Assembly (NCBI GenBank): GCA_041640655.1 | Contig: JBEPZV010000070.1 | Span: 1 to 10,050, forward strand | Source of the DNA: a bacterium | Lineage (GTDB): Bacteria; Acidobacteriota; Blastocatellia; HR10 | Length of the DNA stretch: 10,050 bases | Direction: 5' to 3' | Shown here: positions 7,749 to 10,050 of the stretch, piece after piece | Position numbering within the stretch: the stretch's first letter is position 1 | Layout of the letters: each line of letters starts with the position of its first letter | The notes under the pieces: generated by a model | What the model was told of the DNA's origin: nothing | What the model saw: only the letters and a program-made list of their open reading frames with translations | Database searches by the model: none | Made by a program: the position numbers and the translations under genes

Positions 7749-7866
7749 CGCGTCTCCTCCTGCAATGGCAAGAGGCGCCGCGCGCGGCCCCTTCGAGAGG
7801 AGATCGCAAGAACCGCGCGCGGACGCTCAGATTCGGCAGCGGCGCGCGATAGAGGCCCGCCTGCCC

Positions 7867-9816
7867 TTACTGCAGTTGGGCCGATGAACCGGGGACCTCT
7901 CGCCACGGCTCGAAGCGCCCGCCGAGATATTTCGCCAAGAACTCCTCGGCGCGGCCGAAGAAGTCCAGCCGATTCTCGGGACGGGCGAACCCGTGCCCTT
8001 CATCGGTGTAGACGACGTAGGTGACCGGGACATTCCTGGCGCGCAACGACTGGACGATCTGATCGCTCTCGGCCTTCTTCACGCGGGGGTCATTCGCCCC
8101 GTGCCCGATGAGTAGCGGCGCCTTGATCTGATCAGCGCGGAAAAGCGGCGAACGGGATTTCAGGAACTCCTCGTCGGTCTCCACTCGGCCCAGACGTTTG
8201 TCGAAGATCGCCTTGATAGGGGCCCAGTAGGGGGGAATTGAACGCAAGAGCGTGACGAGATTGGACGGGCCGACGATGTCCACCCCGCAAGCGAATTCCT
8301 CGGGGGTGAAGGCCAGGCCGACGAGCGTGGCATAGCCGCCATAGCTGCCGCCCATGATGCACACGCGCTTGGGGTCGGCATAGCCTTGCGCGACGGCCCA
8401 GTTCTTGCCGTCAATCAGATCGGTGTGCATCTTCCCGGCCCACTCGCGATCTCCAGCGTTCAGATACGCTTTCCCGTATCCGGTCGAGCCGCGGAAGTTG
8501 ACCTGCAGGACGGCGTAGCCGCGATTGGCGAGCCATTGGACCATCGCGTTGAATCCCCACACATCGCGCGCCCACGGTCCGCCGTGCACGAGCAGGACCA
8601 TCGGCAAACGCTTCGGCTCGACGCCTACCGGGAGCGTCAGGTAGCCGTGGATCGTCATCCCATCGCGCGCCGTGAAGGAGATGGGCTGCATCTTCGCCAG
8701 CCGATACCGCTCGAGCGCCGGTTGACTGCTGAAGAGCAAGCTGAGCCGCCGCGTCGCGCGTTCGTAGGTGTAGTAATAGACCGGGCCGTCGTCCACGAGA
8801 TACGAAACGACCCATGTCCGATCCTCGCGGTCTCGACTGACGACGCTGAAATCGCCGTCGCGCTCTTTCCGCAAACGCTCGAAATCCGCGCGCAGCGACG
8901 GGTCCAGCACCTGCCACTCGCGACGAGCGCGGATGAACTGCACGGCTTCCAGGTGTCGCGTCTTTGGATGGATCATCACACTGCTCACATCGTACTGCGG
9001 ATCCTCGGCGATCACCTTCGTCTTCTTCGTGGCGAGGTCCACCTCGATCAGGCGCGCGGCATTGGCATCCACGCTGGAGATGAGCCAGAGACTGCGATTG
9101 TCCGGGGTGAACCCCACGATCCCCCCGAAGGTCTCCTCCGGCCCCCAGCGCAGGAATTCGCGCCAGGGAGATCGCGCGTCCTCGCGTATGCGGATGAGCA
9201 TCCCCCCATCCGGGGTGAAGACCGAAGCCGCTCGCACCTGAAGCCGATGATCCACGGCCCAGCCGGCGACATCCCCCGGATTCTCCGTGTCCAGCTCGGC
9301 GGCACCGGTCTTCAGATTGATGCGGTACACATCGTGGAACCGCCGATCGCGGCGGTTCAAGGCGACGAGGATCTCATCGGGGAATTGGGGATCGGTGGCG
9401 ATCACCTGCGCTTGCACGCCTTCGAATGGCGTCAGATCACGCGTCGTGGCCGTTCGCACGTTCGTCTGATAGAGATGCCAGTTCTCATCCCCATCGCGAT
9501 CCTGGAGGTAGAGGATGTGCTCGCTGTCCTCTTGCCAGAAGTACACGCGGATGCCTCGCTTGCGATCCGAGGTCACGACGCGGTCGTCGGTCTTGCCGAT
9601 CGTGCGGACCCAGACGTTGAGCACGCCCTCGTGTGGCGCCAGATAGGCGAGCTTCGTCCCATCTGGGGAGATTTGCGGATTGACCCGCTCAGGATTCCCA
9701 AAGAGGACCTCGCGCGGGATGAGCGGCGGAAGGTCCAAGGCGCGCGCCCCCCATCCGCTCAGAGTGAGCGCGAGGCTCACAATAGCCGGGATCATCACTT
9801 GAGAACTCCTTCGCAT
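7867..9816 (-). CDS. Exported S9 family serine peptidase (dipeptidyl aminopeptidase / acylaminoacyl peptidase-like, S9C type)
   Basis: Start reassigned from 9912 to ATG 9816, which follows AAAGGAGGGA (9830-9821) and gives 649 aa. Signal peptide MRRSSQVMIPAIVSLALTLSGWGARA precedes LIPREVLFGNP. Motifs: VHGGPW, GGSYGG (8335-8352), HGANDPRV and DEGHGF. Confidence 0.95.
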   Translation of the reverse strand: MRRSSQVMIPAIVSLALTLSGWGARALDLPPLIPREVLFGNPERVNPQISPDGTKLAYLAPHEGVLNVWVRTIGKTDDRVVTSDRKRGIRVYFWQEDSEHILYLQDRDGDENWHLYQTNVRTATTRDLTPFEGVQAQVIATDPQFPDEILVALNRRDRRFHDVYRINLKTGAAELDTENPGDVAGWAVDHRLQVRAASVFTPDGGMLIRIREDARSPWREFLRWGPEETFGGIVGFTPDNRSLWLISSVDANAARLIEVDLATKKTKVIAEDPQYDVSSVMIHPKTRHLEAVQFIRARREWQVLDPSLRADFERLRKERDGDFSVVSRDREDRTWVVSYLVDDGPVYYYTYERATRRLSLLFSSQPALERYRLAKMQPISFTARDGMTIHGYLTLPVGVEPKRLPMVLLVHGGPWARDVWGFNAMVQWLANRGYAVLQVNFRGSTGYGKAYLNAGDREWAGKMHTDLIDGKNWAVAQGYADPKRVCIMGGSYGGYATLVGLAFTPEEFACGVDIVGPSNLVTLLRSIPPYWAPIKAIFDKRLGRVETDEEFLKSRSPLFRADQIKAPLLIGHGANDPRVKKAESDQIVQSLRARNVPVTYVVYTDEGHGFARPENRLDFFGRAEEFLAKYLGGRFEPWREVPGSSAQLQ

Positions 9817-9916
9817 CGCTTCCCTCCTTTTCAGAGATTGTGACCCGAGCGCCTCAGGATTCGGATCGGCGCCATTCACTCCTACGTGAGTGGAGAGCCT
9901 GAGGTTCCCCACCCGG

Positions 9917-10048
9917 CTATCGGGCGTAGTACCCGCGGCGCGCTTTCACGCGGACGCCGGGACGAAGGACCTTCACGCGAATGGTGCGCCATTTTCCATC
10001 GCGCGTCGCGTTGGTCGGGCTGTAGGCGAGACTGTAAATCGTGCGCAG
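9917..10048 (-). CDS. C-terminal fragment of an Acidobacteria-type VWA-domain protein (gene begins beyond the window)
   Basis: Hand translation of the minus strand: LRTIYSLAYSPTNATRDGKWRTIRVKVLRPGVRVKARRGYYAR-stop (TAG at 9919-9917). This matches from memory the C-terminal YxLxYxPtn..rDGkwRxIxVkv.rpg..vraRxGYYA signature of the acidobacterial VWFA-related family (TIGR03436). Confidence 0.85.
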   Translation of the reverse strand: MRTIYSLAYSPTNATRDGKWRTIRVKVLRPGVRVKARRGYYAR

Positions 10049-10050
10049 CT

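Noticed and set aside
9850..9910. Possible glycine riboswitch (GGAGAG and CUCAGG words present)
   Set aside because: The words are in the wrong order or on opposite strands, and the CCGAAG core is absent.
9817..9912. ORF-track 32-aa N-terminal extension of the second S9 peptidase
   Set aside because: It would bury the signal peptide, lacks an RBS and starts 4 nt after the VWA stop. AAAGGAGG sits directly before ATG 9816.
1..10050. CRISPR array, tRNA/rRNA, transposase, integrase, frameshift or selenocysteine recoding
   Set aside because: I saw no regularly spaced repeats, cloverleaf or mobile-element motifs. All six complete genes are intact with catalytic residues present and no in-frame stops.

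Overview
GC-rich bacterial chromosomal segment with six complete genes and one partial gene. The partial gene is absent from the ORF track. Order: (-) exported S9 peptidase 101..2236; divergent promoter region; (+) iorA-like 2Fe-2S subunit, iorB-like Tat-signal molybdopterin subunit (true start 2933) and exported dienelactone hydrolase (likely start 5194); a convergent spacer with a REP-like palindrome doublet; (-) exported M20 metallopeptidase, a second exported S9 peptidase (likely start 9816), and the C-terminal 43 residues of an Acidobacteria-type VWA-domain protein (9917..>10048). That VWA tail suggests an Acidobacteriota host. Every enzyme except the small Fe-S subunit has a predicted export signal, so the region looks like an extracytoplasmic peptide/ester-hydrolysis cluster next to an FAD-less Mo-oxidoreductase (inference). 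The non-coding DNA carries the more unusual signals: an ECF-type promoter whose -35 lies inside a perfect 8-1-8 palindrome, a 9-bp direct repeat, a REP-like doublet and a structured leader. No mobile element, CRISPR array or RNA gene was found. All proteins belong to known families, so any novelty would lie in their combination and regulation, which is unproven.
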